In this document: positions 1 through 10,254 of the stretch, one piece after another | How positions within the stretch are numbered: position 1 is the stretch's first letter | Layout: every line of letters starts with the position of its first letter | Assembly: GCA_963790025.1 (NCBI GenBank) | Contig: CAWBMP010000002.1 | Location: 288,001 to 352,000, forward strand | Origin: Nitrospirota bacterium | GTDB taxonomy: Bacteria; Nitrospirota; Thermodesulfovibrionia; Thermodesulfovibrionales; Dissulfurispiraceae | Length of the DNA: 64,000 nucleotides | Direction: 5' to 3' | The notes under the pieces: model-generated | Told to the model about the DNA's origin: nothing | The model's input: only the letters and a program-made list of their open reading frames with translations | Database searches by the model: none | Program-made: the position numbers and the translations under genes

Positions 1-134
1 TATTGTCCAATCGCATTTAACTCTCTTAAAAGGGGGCCTTTGCCGCATGCCACATCTGCAATCCTGCCATTAAACACGCTCAGGACTTTTGCAGCTGTTT
101 TAATTGTTAATTTCGGCAGATAGTCGCGTATCAT
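1..134 (-). CDS. Class I SAM-dependent methyltransferase (N-terminal part, runs off window)
   Basis: Not in ORF track. Manual translation MIRDYLPKLTIKTAAKVLSVFNGRIADVACGKGPLLREL shows SAM motif I (DxxCGxG); ATG overlaps upstream TGA (ATGA, 131-134). Confidence 0.7.
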   Translation of the reverse strand, partial: MIRDYLPKLTIKTAAKVLSVFNGRIADVACGKGPLLRELNAIGQ

Positions 135-1225
135 AGACAGTTCATCCTCCCCGGCAATAGTTGAATTACTGCTTTTCTTACTTCATCAGTTGTTATATCA
201 TTGATACAGCTTTTGTCCTCGCAGCGATAAAGCCTGCACTCTTCCATGGGATGTTTAAAGGAAAAATACTTGCAGAGGGTATAATCGCCTTTCAGCGCAA
301 TATATCTGCTGCTGTCCATATAAGGATGATACCTGAACAGGTTGGTCTGGCCGAAAATTGCAACAGTCGGGACATTCAAGGCAGCGGCCATGTGCATCGG
401 TCCGGTATCGTTTGTGATAAAAATATTCATTTTCTCGAGCACCGCAGCAAGCTCCATCAGCGGTATATCTATAATTGTTCTTATCTTGTCATCAGGAAAA
501 TGAGCGGCCATGCTTTCAACCATGGCCTCTTCCCCGCGGCCACCTGTAAGAATAACATGCGCTGACATATCCTCGATAAGCCACTTTATGATTTCTCTGA
601 ATCTCTCTTCAGGCCACATCCTTGAGGGCCTGTATGCGCCGGGATTAACACCGGCCAGAAAACCATTACCTCCGGTGAATCCTGAGAGTTTGGCAACGGC
701 CTTTTCCTTTTCGTCCCGTGAGGTGATAAGTTTCGGCGCAGTTTGACTGCTTTTCAGTCCGAGCAATTCGGCAACTTTTATTTTCCTTTCCACTTCGTGT
801 TCCGATGAGGTGAGGGCATCGGTTGTCTTTTTTGTAAAGGCACATCCTCTTCCTTCGGTATCCCTGCCCACACTCTCTCGTGCATTCAAGGTTTTCAGGA
901 ATAAAAACCGCTTCACAGCCGCCCTGTATGTTTCTATTACGCTCAGGTCCATGACGATGCCGAATCTTTGCCGGCGCAGTTCTTTTATAAGTCTTAACCA
1001 TCCTGTCAGGCTGCCTTCCTCTATCGCATCGGTCGAAATTATCTTGAAACCCCGGAATCCCTTTTCACGTAAACTCTCGATAATAGGCCTTGTCCTGGAG
1101 ACGGTAAGTACTGTTATTCTGTGGTCCTTGTAACCCGCTAAAACAGCCTCGATTGCTGGGAGCGACATTACAACATCACCTATGCCTCCCAGTTCCAAAA
1201 TGAGCATTTTTTTGTTTTCACCCAT
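131..1225 (-). CDS. Glycosyltransferase family 9 (heptosyltransferase-like)
   Basis: GGIGDVVMSLP N-terminal motif, NPGA..R.WP, ITNDTGPMHMAAA motif. Confidence 0.9.
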   Translation of the reverse strand: MGENKKMLILELGGIGDVVMSLPAIEAVLAGYKDHRITVLTVSRTRPIIESLREKGFRGFKIISTDAIEEGSLTGWLRLIKELRRQRFGIVMDLSVIETYRAAVKRFLFLKTLNARESVGRDTEGRGCAFTKKTTDALTSSEHEVERKIKVAELLGLKSSQTAPKLITSRDEKEKAVAKLSGFTGGNGFLAGVNPGAYRPSRMWPEERFREIIKWLIEDMSAHVILTGGRGEEAMVESMAAHFPDDKIRTIIDIPLMELAAVLEKMNIFITNDTGPMHMAAALNVPTVAIFGQTNLFRYHPYMDSSRYIALKGDYTLCKYFSFKHPMEECRLYRCEDKSCINDITTDEVRKAVIQLLPGRMNCL

Positions 1226-2342
1226 CCTGATTGCTCCGTCTGCAGCAGGTCAGTTGCCTCTTAATTGCCCCAATAACTTCATCCCCGGTAATCAATGACA
1301 TACAATCATGCTTTTCGCATTCTGCTTTATTACACGGCGAGCAGTAGGTATTTTTCCTTATCACGACATTCTTTTCTCCAAGTGGATGCCACAGGTCATA
1401 ATCAGTAGGGCCCATCATCGATACAGTCGGCACTTCCATTGCAGCCGCGAGATGGAGCGGGCCGGAGTTATTGCAGAGGAAAACATCGCATTGTTTTATA
1501 AAGGCGGCAAGCCTTTTCACCGGCTCATTCAATATCAGGGCCGGCCTGGCAATCTTTAAAGACCTCATGGTCCTTTCGATCAAATTCTCATCGCGACTGC
1601 TGCCGAATATAATTACATCAGCTGCAAGGCCCATTCTTACGAAGTCGTCAATGACACCGGCAAATCTTTCAAGGGGCCATATTTGTGAAGGGAAATACGC
1701 ACCTGGATGGACCCCGATGACAGGTTTCTTTATGTTGTTTTTTGAAAAGTAGTCCAGCGCGTATTCGATGTCATCTTTATAAGGCTCATATCGGGGTACT
1801 ATGAGAGACATATGGCAGCTGCCGCATGCTGCATTTGCCAACCCCATAATTAACTCTGCTGCATGCTTTCCTTTAAAGGCAGAAGGAAGGGGCTTTGTAT
1901 AAAATATGCCTCTGCCCTCAACGTCATATCCAATCCTTGTCTTTACACCAGCTTTATAAAGTGCATATGCAGGAAATATATCGCAATCGCATGTCAGGTC
2001 TATGCCGATATCGAACTTGTGGGATTTGAGAAGTGCAATAAATTTTCTCTTTTCCGAAAAAGACGAAGGCTGCGTAACTATCTCGTCAAAATATCGCCCT
2101 TCAACAACACCCTTATTATATTCTGTCGCGGCAAGTACTATAAAGGCATCTTTAAACCTGCTTCTAATTACTTCAAAAGCGGGAAGTGAGATAACCATAT
2201 CTCCGAGCCTTTTTTGGCCGTACACAATTATCTTTTGATACCGGCCCTGAGCTGGAATTTCAGACCTGCCGATAAAAATGCCTACGGCTTTCAGAAATGC
2301 CCTGCGCATGAAAAAATATGTTATTTTCAATTTGTTAGGCAT
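1218..2342 (-). CDS. Glycosyltransferase family 9 (heptosyltransferase-like)
   Basis: RLGDMVISLP, HPGA..SQIWP, CNNSGPLHLAAA, CSPC motifs. Start placed at MPNK (2342); track start 2381 overlaps upstream gene. Confidence 0.88.
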   Translation of the reverse strand: MPNKLKITYFFMRRAFLKAVGIFIGRSEIPAQGRYQKIIVYGQKRLGDMVISLPAFEVIRSRFKDAFIVLAATEYNKGVVEGRYFDEIVTQPSSFSEKRKFIALLKSHKFDIGIDLTCDCDIFPAYALYKAGVKTRIGYDVEGRGIFYTKPLPSAFKGKHAAELIMGLANAACGSCHMSLIVPRYEPYKDDIEYALDYFSKNNIKKPVIGVHPGAYFPSQIWPLERFAGVIDDFVRMGLAADVIIFGSSRDENLIERTMRSLKIARPALILNEPVKRLAAFIKQCDVFLCNNSGPLHLAAAMEVPTVSMMGPTDYDLWHPLGEKNVVIRKNTYCSPCNKAECEKHDCMSLITGDEVIGAIKRQLTCCRRSNQDG

Positions 2343-2346
2343 CACT

Positions 2347-3192
2347 CTAACCTTTATCGGAAATTTCAACCGGCAGGGCATGTACTTCTATCGCATCGGT
2401 TATTATTCTGCCCGACAGGGAGCTGATCAATTTGGCGGCATAGTTCAAAATTCTTATACGGAGCTGGATTATCCCCATGTCAGGAGCGATCCTCCTGACT
2501 TCAAACCCTGCTTGCTCCAGCGCCAGCTTTATAGTTTTGGAAGAAAAGTGATATAAGTGAAGCTCCCTGTCTTCCGGAGTGAATAGTCTCATTTTTCTTC
2601 CCTTGACCAATCTGTACGCGACCTGAGAGAGGATGTTATCGAGGTTCGGCACAGCCAGGATAAATACCCCGCTGTCCTTCAATATGCGCCTTGCCTCCTT
2701 TAACACTGCAAGAGGATTTACGGTGTGCTCCAAAACATGCCACATGGTAACCGCATCAAACGACTTACCGGGCAATCCGAGGTCCAATAATTCTCCCTGG
2801 AAAATATTAAGACCCAGCTTTTCCCTGCCGTAACGCGCAGCAAAAGACGATTTTTCCGTTCCCGTCACAAGCCAGCCGTCCTTTCGGGCAAGCTCAAGAA
2901 AAAGACATTCACCGCAACCTATATCGAGAAGAGAGCCCTTGCTTACGAAAAACCGGTTAAGAGTTCTGAGTCTCTTTTTCCACATGCCTATCCGCTTATT
3001 TCGCTGGTCCCCGAGCCAGGGAGTATAATATTCCTCCGAATAAGCCTTTCCGAGCAATTCTTCCGCAGGGAAGGGATGTACATATACCAGATCGCAGCGT
3101 TTGCATTTCAGGATGGCATATTGTCCAGCTCGATCTATTACATCAGCCTCTCGACCTCCGCAAAGAATGCAATTATTTGTTGATGTAATCAT
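2347..3192 (-). CDS. Class I SAM-dependent methyltransferase with N-terminal Zn-ribbon
   Basis: CxxC...CxxC, LLDIGCG, VTMWHVLEH, VPN, HLYHFS motifs typical of glycan-locus methyltransferases. Confidence 0.88.
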   Translation of the reverse strand: MITSTNNCILCGGREADVIDRAGQYAILKCKRCDLVYVHPFPAEELLGKAYSEEYYTPWLGDQRNKRIGMWKKRLRTLNRFFVSKGSLLDIGCGECLFLELARKDGWLVTGTEKSSFAARYGREKLGLNIFQGELLDLGLPGKSFDAVTMWHVLEHTVNPLAVLKEARRILKDSGVFILAVPNLDNILSQVAYRLVKGRKMRLFTPEDRELHLYHFSSKTIKLALEQAGFEVRRIAPDMGIIQLRIRILNYAAKLISSLSGRIITDAIEVHALPVEISDKG

Positions 3193-4071
3193 CTAACTCC
3201 TGATATTTGCCGGAGTATATTTGGGATTAATACCAAGATTGGACCGAAAACCGTCAAACAATCCCTGCACCACTGCCTTTATCCCGCCCGATGCCTTTAA
3301 TCTTTCCCGGATAACGAGCATCAGAATTACCTTCATCCCATATAAAACGGTCCTGAATACCCTGGAAGGGCATCTGTATTTCCTGAAGATATAGACCTCA
3401 TTTCTGAATGCATAATAGAGCCTGAAATTATCACCGTAGTAAAAATGTTTTTTTCCGAACATGCTATACCACCTTTTACCCCCAGGCCGTCGTTCCATAA
3501 TTTTACTTCCAGGAATCCAGAAAAAAGAGTACCCGTTTACCGACATCCTCAAGGCGTATTCGAGGTCTTCTCCATATATGAAAAATTCCTTGATAGGCAG
3601 ACCCACTTTCAGTATTGCATCAGATTTAATTAATGTGCCGCGCCATGCAAATAAGCTAAAGCTGGTTGGGACAGTGGCTACGTGGCCCTCGCCAGCCGCC
3701 CTTACCGCACCAACAGTATTATTGTCCTTTTCTAATCCGTCCAAACCCTTCAGCAGTTCCTCAAGGGCGTCCTCCGGCATGGTTACATCATCATCAAGCG
3801 TCAATATCAGATCATTGTTGTTTTCGAGCGCGATTTTAATTCCCTCATGATACCCGCCTGCACTGCCTGTATTTTCAGGCAATTTAAAATATATGACATC
3901 GGAGAATTCTTCTGTTAAAATCTTCCCGGTAGTGTCATGACTTGCGTTGTCAACCACTATGATCTCATCAGGCTTTCTGGTTTGATGTAAAAGGTCTTCC
4001 AGCAGGACCTTCAACATAGAAATGTTGTTGTAAGTTACAATTACTGCGGCCACTTTAGGATTGTGCGCCAT
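3193..4071 (-). CDS. Glycosyltransferase family 2
   Basis: VIVTYN, VVDNASHD, ENTGSAGG, LDDD, YGEDLEYALR. Confidence 0.9.
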   Translation of the reverse strand: MAHNPKVAAVIVTYNNISMLKVLLEDLLHQTRKPDEIIVVDNASHDTTGKILTEEFSDVIYFKLPENTGSAGGYHEGIKIALENNNDLILTLDDDVTMPEDALEELLKGLDGLEKDNNTVGAVRAAGEGHVATVPTSFSLFAWRGTLIKSDAILKVGLPIKEFFIYGEDLEYALRMSVNGYSFFWIPGSKIMERRPGGKRWYSMFGKKHFYYGDNFRLYYAFRNEVYIFRKYRCPSRVFRTVLYGMKVILMLVIRERLKASGGIKAVVQGLFDGFRSNLGINPKYTPANIRS

Positions 4072-5041
4072 CAACTCTTTCCTCTTTTATAATCTGTTTA
4101 TTTATGAGTTCGACCCGAAGACATTCCCCTTTTCCACGCAGGATTAAGTCCAAAAACCGGAATAAAAGGGATAGCAGCATCCGGAAAGCAAAACTCTTGA
4201 AGATTCCGGCTCTTTGAAAGCTTAACAGCAATTTATTTCTGCTCTCATTTGCATATGCTGCCAGAGAATGTGCAAAAAAATACTCCGGCGTAGCTGTCCG
4301 TATCCTTTCTATCTTAAACCCCGTTTCTTCCGCAAGCCTATGAAATGTCGCTTCTGTGTAAAAATAAAAATGAAACGGCAAGTGCAATCCGGACCAGTAC
4401 TTGCCGAAAAATCCGGAAAGATAGCTCTCGAAGTTCGGGCTATATATAAAGACGTTCCCCCCGGACTTAAGAATCCTCCTGACTTCGAGCAAGGTATCCC
4501 GGGGTGACCCAAGGTGCTCAATTACATGCCACATGATGACAGCATCAAAAAAGTTGTCTTCGAACCGTGCCTCCTGGAGTTTGCCGTTAAAAACATTGAA
4601 GCCTCCCTTCCTGCAGACTTCAACAGCATCAGGATTAATTTCCACTCCATAAGCCTCACAGCCCAGCAAATGGAGGTCATTCAAAAGATCCCCGAAGCCG
4701 CAACCAATGTCCAGAACCTTACCTTTAGCTCTTGCAAGCACCTCACTCAGATATTCACCGGTTATACGCTGGTATAACCCCCTCAGCACCGGATTTTTTT
4801 TGATAGAAGCCCTTGCTGAAGGTAAATCCGAGCTGTTATGAACAACTGAAACGTAATATTGTTCATAGAACTTTGATAGAGAGTGATTATCAGGTCTTGG
4901 ATTCAAATACAGCAGATTGCAGCAATCACATTTTACGATATTAAATACACCGGGGACTTTAAATATGTAGTCCCGTGTCTGTAATTGCGTGTGATAACTG
5001 CCGGAGCCGCATAAATCGCAGGTTACAACTTCTGTTTCCAT
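4055..5041 (-). CDS. Class I SAM-dependent methyltransferase with N-terminal Zn-ribbon
   Basis: CDLC...CDCC, VLDIGCGFG, MWHVIEH, PFHFYFY. Confidence 0.88.
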   Translation of the reverse strand: METEVVTCDLCGSGSYHTQLQTRDYIFKVPGVFNIVKCDCCNLLYLNPRPDNHSLSKFYEQYYVSVVHNSSDLPSARASIKKNPVLRGLYQRITGEYLSEVLARAKGKVLDIGCGFGDLLNDLHLLGCEAYGVEINPDAVEVCRKGGFNVFNGKLQEARFEDNFFDAVIMWHVIEHLGSPRDTLLEVRRILKSGGNVFIYSPNFESYLSGFFGKYWSGLHLPFHFYFYTEATFHRLAEETGFKIERIRTATPEYFFAHSLAAYANESRNKLLLSFQRAGIFKSFAFRMLLSLLFRFLDLILRGKGECLRVELINKQIIKEERVDGAQS

Positions 5042-5059
5042 TCTATTCCCAATCGTGCG

Positions 5060-6166
5060 CTATCTGCTTTTGAGGATATTAAGATACAATCTCTCCATTT
5101 TAGTTACATCTTCATAAATCTGAAACATTTCTTCAACCCTTTTTCTTCCGGCCAGTCCCATCGCCTCCCGCTTTTTCCTGTCACAAATAAGCTCGTTTAT
5201 CTTACTTGCTAATCCGGCAACGTCCCTGGCAGGCACGACAAATCCGGTCATCCCATCAGCAACTGCCTCCGGATTGCCGCCTACGTCGGTAGCGATTACC
5301 GGTTTCCCTGCCGACATCGCTTCCAATATTACCCTGGGAAAGGCCTCCCCCAGTGAAGGGAATACCGCTATGTCAATATCTTTCATAATTGAAGGAACAT
5401 TCTTCCTGTATCCCGCAAAAATAATCTTATAAGAGATTTCCATATCTTTGGAGAGTGCCTTTAGCCGCTGAAGGTATGCAAATTCTCCTTCCCCTATAAG
5501 TAAAAGTCGTGCGCCCTCTATTTGCCCCATTGCGCGGACCAGGTATTCCTGTCCTTTTCCTTCTTCAATGCGGCCGACACAGGCAAGGAGAACCGTAGTA
5601 TCATCTATTCCATATTCATTTCGTACGGAAGTGGATGCAGGAAAAGCATCAAACTCTTTAAGATCAATACCGTTATGAATTGTCACTACTTTCTTTTTGT
5701 TCTTTATCCAATCAAATCTTGAATGCAGGGCCTTGGCAACAACGACGATCCTTGTTGCCAAGGGGTAGAGAAGCCTGTCTAAAACCCTTTCTCCAGTACT
5801 TGACCTGACATGCCATACAAGTGGCATTTTCATAATCCTTGCTGCTATTCCGGCATAAAAGGTCTCAGTGGTGGAATCGGTATGAATAAGAGATATACGA
5901 TTGTTTTTTATAATGGAGATGAGTTTTTTTACAACAAACAGATCCAGATGCCTGATTCTGCCAACGTTGAGAAATATTATATCAGCGCCTGCTTCTTTCA
6001 TTTTCTCTGCAAGCTCCCCCTCGCCGGGGCACATGACCAAAGGATGAAAGAGCTCTTTATTTAAATTTTTTACCATATAATATAAGCTCCACTGCCCGCC
6101 GCCGAACATATGAGTGAATGATGTTGTGTAGAGAATATTATGTCTTATTTTGCCTGCATTCAGCAT
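5060..6166 (-). CDS. Glycosyltransferase family 4
   Basis: GGGQ, VGRIEEGKG, EAFPRVILEAM (ExxxxxxxE), TDVGGNPE. Confidence 0.92.
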   Translation of the reverse strand: MLNAGKIRHNILYTTSFTHMFGGGQWSLYYMVKNLNKELFHPLVMCPGEGELAEKMKEAGADIIFLNVGRIRHLDLFVVKKLISIIKNNRISLIHTDSTTETFYAGIAARIMKMPLVWHVRSSTGERVLDRLLYPLATRIVVVAKALHSRFDWIKNKKKVVTIHNGIDLKEFDAFPASTSVRNEYGIDDTTVLLACVGRIEEGKGQEYLVRAMGQIEGARLLLIGEGEFAYLQRLKALSKDMEISYKIIFAGYRKNVPSIMKDIDIAVFPSLGEAFPRVILEAMSAGKPVIATDVGGNPEAVADGMTGFVVPARDVAGLASKINELICDRKKREAMGLAGRKRVEEMFQIYEDVTKMERLYLNILKSR

Positions 6167-7241
6167 ATAAGGCCTCTACTCCCTCCGTCATTCTGCCGAT
6201 TGTGAACATGTCCAGGTATCTTTTTCTGCCGTTTGCCCCATACTTACGCATCAAGTCCGGTGATTTCAGCAACCCGTTTATGGCATCCGCAAGGGCCTTG
6301 CTGTCTCGCGGAGCAACAAGGACCCCCGTATGCTTGTCAACCACAACTTCAGGTATTCCCCCGGTATTTGTCGCAATCACCGGCTTTGACATTGCCATTG
6401 CTTCTATAAGAGAGATGCCAAGACCCTCTCTTTCTGATGACGGCAGGACAGCTATATCCATGAGCTGCAAATAAGGGACAACATCCGTTGTCCGGCCTGC
6501 GAAGATAATTCGATTGCCGATGCCGAGTTCAGATGCCATGCCCTCAAGGGACCTTCTTAGAGAACCGTCTCCTACGAGAAGAAGATATGCGTTGCCCACC
6601 TTTGTAAATGCTTCAAGAAGATACCTGTGGCCCTTAGGTTGCTCAAGAGAAGCGACACACCCTATGACGCCAGAATCTCCCGGAATGACTAATTTCTCTT
6701 TTAGTTCATCAAGGACCGGCATGCCGGCAGGAGTTGGCTCCGGGATGCCGTTATACAGGACTATCACTTTGTTCTCCACTATATTTGTTTTTTCCGATAC
6801 AAAATTTTTGACTGCTCCCGAACAACATATTACCTTACTGGTAAATCTGCCCAGAAATCCTGATATAAAATGGTTCCGAGTATTATAGTCGCTCTCCAGG
6901 GTATGGACATGGTGGAATATACAGGGGACTCCTGCAATGACAGCCGCAGAGCGACCAAGGACCCCGGCGGGATAGGCATGTGTATGAACAATATCTGTCC
7001 TATTTTCTTTAAACCATTTTGCAACTTTAATGAAACTTAAAGGATTGTGATAATTCTTAATGCCCAGAATTTCCACATCCTGGCCGTTTGCTGCCAATTC
7101 ATTAGCAATTTTGCCGCCCCGGCTAAGGCATAAAACAGAGACTTTGAATATTACAGGGTTAAGGTGCATCGTAATATTCTCAATGACCTTTTCCTGGCCG
7201 CCGATTTCAAGGTCCTCAACCACCTGAACTACCCTGATCAT
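6138..7241 (-). CDS. Glycosyltransferase family 4
   Basis: IGGQE, KGH, EGLGISLIEAM, GGIPE. Confidence 0.92.
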   Translation of the reverse strand: MIRVVQVVEDLEIGGQEKVIENITMHLNPVIFKVSVLCLSRGGKIANELAANGQDVEILGIKNYHNPLSFIKVAKWFKENRTDIVHTHAYPAGVLGRSAAVIAGVPCIFHHVHTLESDYNTRNHFISGFLGRFTSKVICCSGAVKNFVSEKTNIVENKVIVLYNGIPEPTPAGMPVLDELKEKLVIPGDSGVIGCVASLEQPKGHRYLLEAFTKVGNAYLLLVGDGSLRRSLEGMASELGIGNRIIFAGRTTDVVPYLQLMDIAVLPSSEREGLGISLIEAMAMSKPVIATNTGGIPEVVVDKHTGVLVAPRDSKALADAINGLLKSPDLMRKYGANGRKRYLDMFTIGRMTEGVEALYAECRQNKT

Positions 7242-8257
7242 TGATTTACAATCCTGAGAATTTCTTCTATTCTATGATTATATGTATGTTTATCGAGAAC
7301 ACTTTTCCTTCCTGCCTGCGCTATTTTTAGCCTCTCATCGGGACGCTCAAGATAATAGGAGGCGAGTTCCCTCAATTCATCAATGCTTCTGAAAATTACC
7401 AATTCTTCTCTGTCGCTAAACAGACTCATTACGTCTTTTTGCGCATCAACCATCAGAAATGCCCCGCAGGCAAGCGCTTCATAGACCCTTGGACTCGCCT
7501 GATGGCATGGGATTTTACCATTAGGATCTTTATAGTGCATGCACAGTACAATTTTAGAAGCGCTATATATCTTGGTCCATAAATCAGGAGGCGTGTGTTC
7601 TCCTCTGACATGCCGCTTCGCAGGGGAGCCTGGAGAAATATTACGACTGCCCGGACCCCAGACAGCAAGACTGAAATCACTTATCCCTTCAAGGATGTCG
7701 ACTCTGTCAGGATAGATAAGAGGGTCCAAAGTGCCTACGAAACTTATATCGGAGCCATAAAGTTTCGTTTCGGCTTCTGTCAATGTCACCGGTCTATGGT
7801 AATGGGAATCACAGGCGAAAGGAAGAAAATAAAGATTTCCTGCAACTGTTTCTTTTAAGATATCATATGCCTCTGAACCTCCTGTAAAGACGCAATCATA
7901 GTGGGGCGCCGCTTTGATAATCGGGTTGAAATCTATAGGCGCATCTATTGTCCACAAGACAGTTTTTACTTGAAGCTTCCTGATTTGATCTATGGTTTCC
8001 GGCAATATCCTGTGCCCACCGGCCTCAATAAAAATGTCCGGCTTAAAGGCTTTTATAACAGAAAGAAGATTTCTGTTGATCCTCTTAAGATCAAATTTAT
8101 TAAGAAAAGGCATCCTGCTTCTGATCCTGCCCGGTATTATAAAATCACTGTCATTGAAAAACATCGTTTCACAGCCTGTTGCCTTAATGGCATTTTCTAC
8201 ATATTCGGTAATCGTTATATAGTATGGATTACGGCAAGTTGAAAAGATAATCTTCAT
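7238..8257 (-). CDS. CgeB-like glycosyltransferase (GT-B fold)
   Basis: WTIDAP, LPFACD, ISFVG, RVYEALACGAF, HTYNHR motifs typical of CgeB/Glyco_trans_1_2. Confidence 0.82.
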   Translation of the reverse strand: MKIIFSTCRNPYYITITEYVENAIKATGCETMFFNDSDFIIPGRIRSRMPFLNKFDLKRINRNLLSVIKAFKPDIFIEAGGHRILPETIDQIRKLQVKTVLWTIDAPIDFNPIIKAAPHYDCVFTGGSEAYDILKETVAGNLYFLPFACDSHYHRPVTLTEAETKLYGSDISFVGTLDPLIYPDRVDILEGISDFSLAVWGPGSRNISPGSPAKRHVRGEHTPPDLWTKIYSASKIVLCMHYKDPNGKIPCHQASPRVYEALACGAFLMVDAQKDVMSLFSDREELVIFRSIDELRELASYYLERPDERLKIAQAGRKSVLDKHTYNHRIEEILRIVNQ

Positions 8258-8361
8258 ATTCCTTAGATAGAACCCAAATAATCCTTGAAGAGTCTCTCGT
8301 GGTCATAATCCTGGTCCGTCATCTTTTATGCCCAACTGTTTCCAAGGATATTCCATTCCTC

Positions 8362-9297
8362 TCAAACATCAGATTTCAGTCCTTTTAAGAAGCCGAATAA
8401 TTTTTGTCCGATTATAATACGAAGCAGCGATCCTGCAGTCTGTTTTTGCAGAGCTACTCTCCAGTTTACTCTTAATGCCTTAAGGAAATAAGCTTTTCCT
8501 CTCGTGAAGTCGGCGAAGAGCATAAAAGTATGGCTGACATCCATGAGCAGTTCGGCCCTTAAGCCGCTATCAATTGAGTAGTTGTATTTCCTGGAATTCT
8601 CTTCAATAAGCTGATAAATCCGCTCCCTTATTTCTGCAGATGGTTGGGAATAGCTGCCCGAATGCTGGAATGTACAAACGGAAGGCTCAGCCAGAAAGCC
8701 TACAGAGTAATTCATAGCCACTCTGCTGAAAAACTCTCTGTCCTCAAAAACTGAAAGGCCGGTGTCGAAAGAGTCGACCTTTTCAAGAACAGTATTTCTC
8801 AAAACAGCAGTGCATGGAGACCCCAACTTTCCGATAATACAAAGCCTTCGGTATAATTCACCTTTGCCTGTTTTAATATCAGTTTTGGCTAGCCGTGCAT
8901 CAGATGGATCATCTGATGTCGTAAGAAAGAAATTACTGAATACGCATCCGACATCTTTTTCGGCATGGAGGAAATCCAGAGCGGCGCTTAGATGTTCAGG
9001 CATCCAGGTATCGTCATCATCAAGAAAGCCGATAAATCTTCCTCTTGCCAATTTAATCCCCACATTTCGTGAAGAACTCCTTTCCATTCTCGCGCTGTTC
9101 TTTACATACCGGATTATCCCTGAGTTAAGCTGACCGCTGAATTTATCATTGACCATTTCCTTCGTATCATCAGTCGATGCATCATCAATAATAATAATTT
9201 CAAAATCCTGGAAGCTTTGCGCCAGCACACTGCTTACGGCCCTCTCTAAAAGGTGCGATCTGTTGTATGTGGGAATAATGACGCTTATTTCAGGCAT
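8362..9297 (-). CDS. Glycosyltransferase family 2
   Basis: SVIIPTYNR, IIDDASTD, RNVG, FLDDDD, FED. Start MPEI at 9297 directly follows upstream stop. Confidence 0.9.
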   Translation of the reverse strand: MPEISVIIPTYNRSHLLERAVSSVLAQSFQDFEIIIIDDASTDDTKEMVNDKFSGQLNSGIIRYVKNSARMERSSSRNVGIKLARGRFIGFLDDDDTWMPEHLSAALDFLHAEKDVGCVFSNFFLTTSDDPSDARLAKTDIKTGKGELYRRLCIIGKLGSPCTAVLRNTVLEKVDSFDTGLSVFEDREFFSRVAMNYSVGFLAEPSVCTFQHSGSYSQPSAEIRERIYQLIEENSRKYNYSIDSGLRAELLMDVSHTFMLFADFTRGKAYFLKALRVNWRVALQKQTAGSLLRIIIGQKLFGFLKGLKSDV

Positions 9298-9298
9298 T

Positions 9299-10254
9299 TC
9301 AAACTGAGGGTTTTGTAAATAATAGTTTCCCAAGTAAAACAATACCAATCTTTATTTTGTTCTTTAAAATGTTTGTTTCTTCAAGCGGTGACTTCCTTAA
9401 AAAAGAATTCATAAATGACAGGGTACTGGATATCATATAAATCATGGTAATCAAAATGCCTCTTGTCTTTCCAAAGTGTTTTTCATAAAGCACCTTGCTT
9501 GACTCAATTGTTCGCCGGTCCGGCGAGTCGATTTTTGAGGCCCCTCCGTAATGGCTTATTGCAGCATCGGGACAATAATATACGAAAAAGCCGGCCTCAT
9601 GGGCCCGATAACACCATTCGAGATCCTCCCCAAAAAAAAGAAGTCCTCTTCCAGCAGTCCTATCCTGCACATCGCACTCTTTCTTATCAGAAGGCAGCAA
9701 CCGCTTATCCAATCCACTTCCCTCGCATCATGTTCATTCCAAAAGTATTTGCCGAACAGTCGGTTTCTGATACTTTCCGGGAGAATCCTGTTGACCCTGA
9801 ACAAAATCAGGAGCGTTCCGGCTATAGATGGAAAACTGAATCCTTTGCTTTGAACAGTCCCATCTATATTAAGTACTTTAGGACCGACTGCGGCCGCTCT
9901 TTCATGTGTCGACATAAAATTGACGAGCACTTTTATCGCGTCTTTCTTCACAATCGTATCGCTGTTTAAAAGGAGAAAATATTCCCCGCGTGCAATCCGC
10001 AATGCCTGATTATTTGCCCTCGCAAAACCTATGTTCTCCGTATTCCTAATGAGTGTAATATCCCTGAATTCTTTTTTTATCATCTCGGGACTGCCGTCCG
10101 TCGACGCGTTATCTACTATAATAAATTCATGATTGATATCGTTTGAGGTTTCGTATATTGAATCAATACAACTCTTTAGAAGGTCTTTGGTATTAAAAGA
10201 TACAATAATTATGGACACGGAGATATTGGCTGTTCCATTCATTATTTCAGGCAT
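9299..10254 (-). pseudogene. Glycosyltransferase family 2 (WbbL-like) split by a 1-nt frameshift in a homopolymer
   Basis: Frame 1 (9556..10254) carries IIIVSFN, VDNASTDGS, LLNSD, WISGCCLLIR..EEDFF; frame 2 (9299..) carries FGEDLEWCYR..HYGGAS. The join lies in the A8 tract at 9632-9639. Confidence 0.82.
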
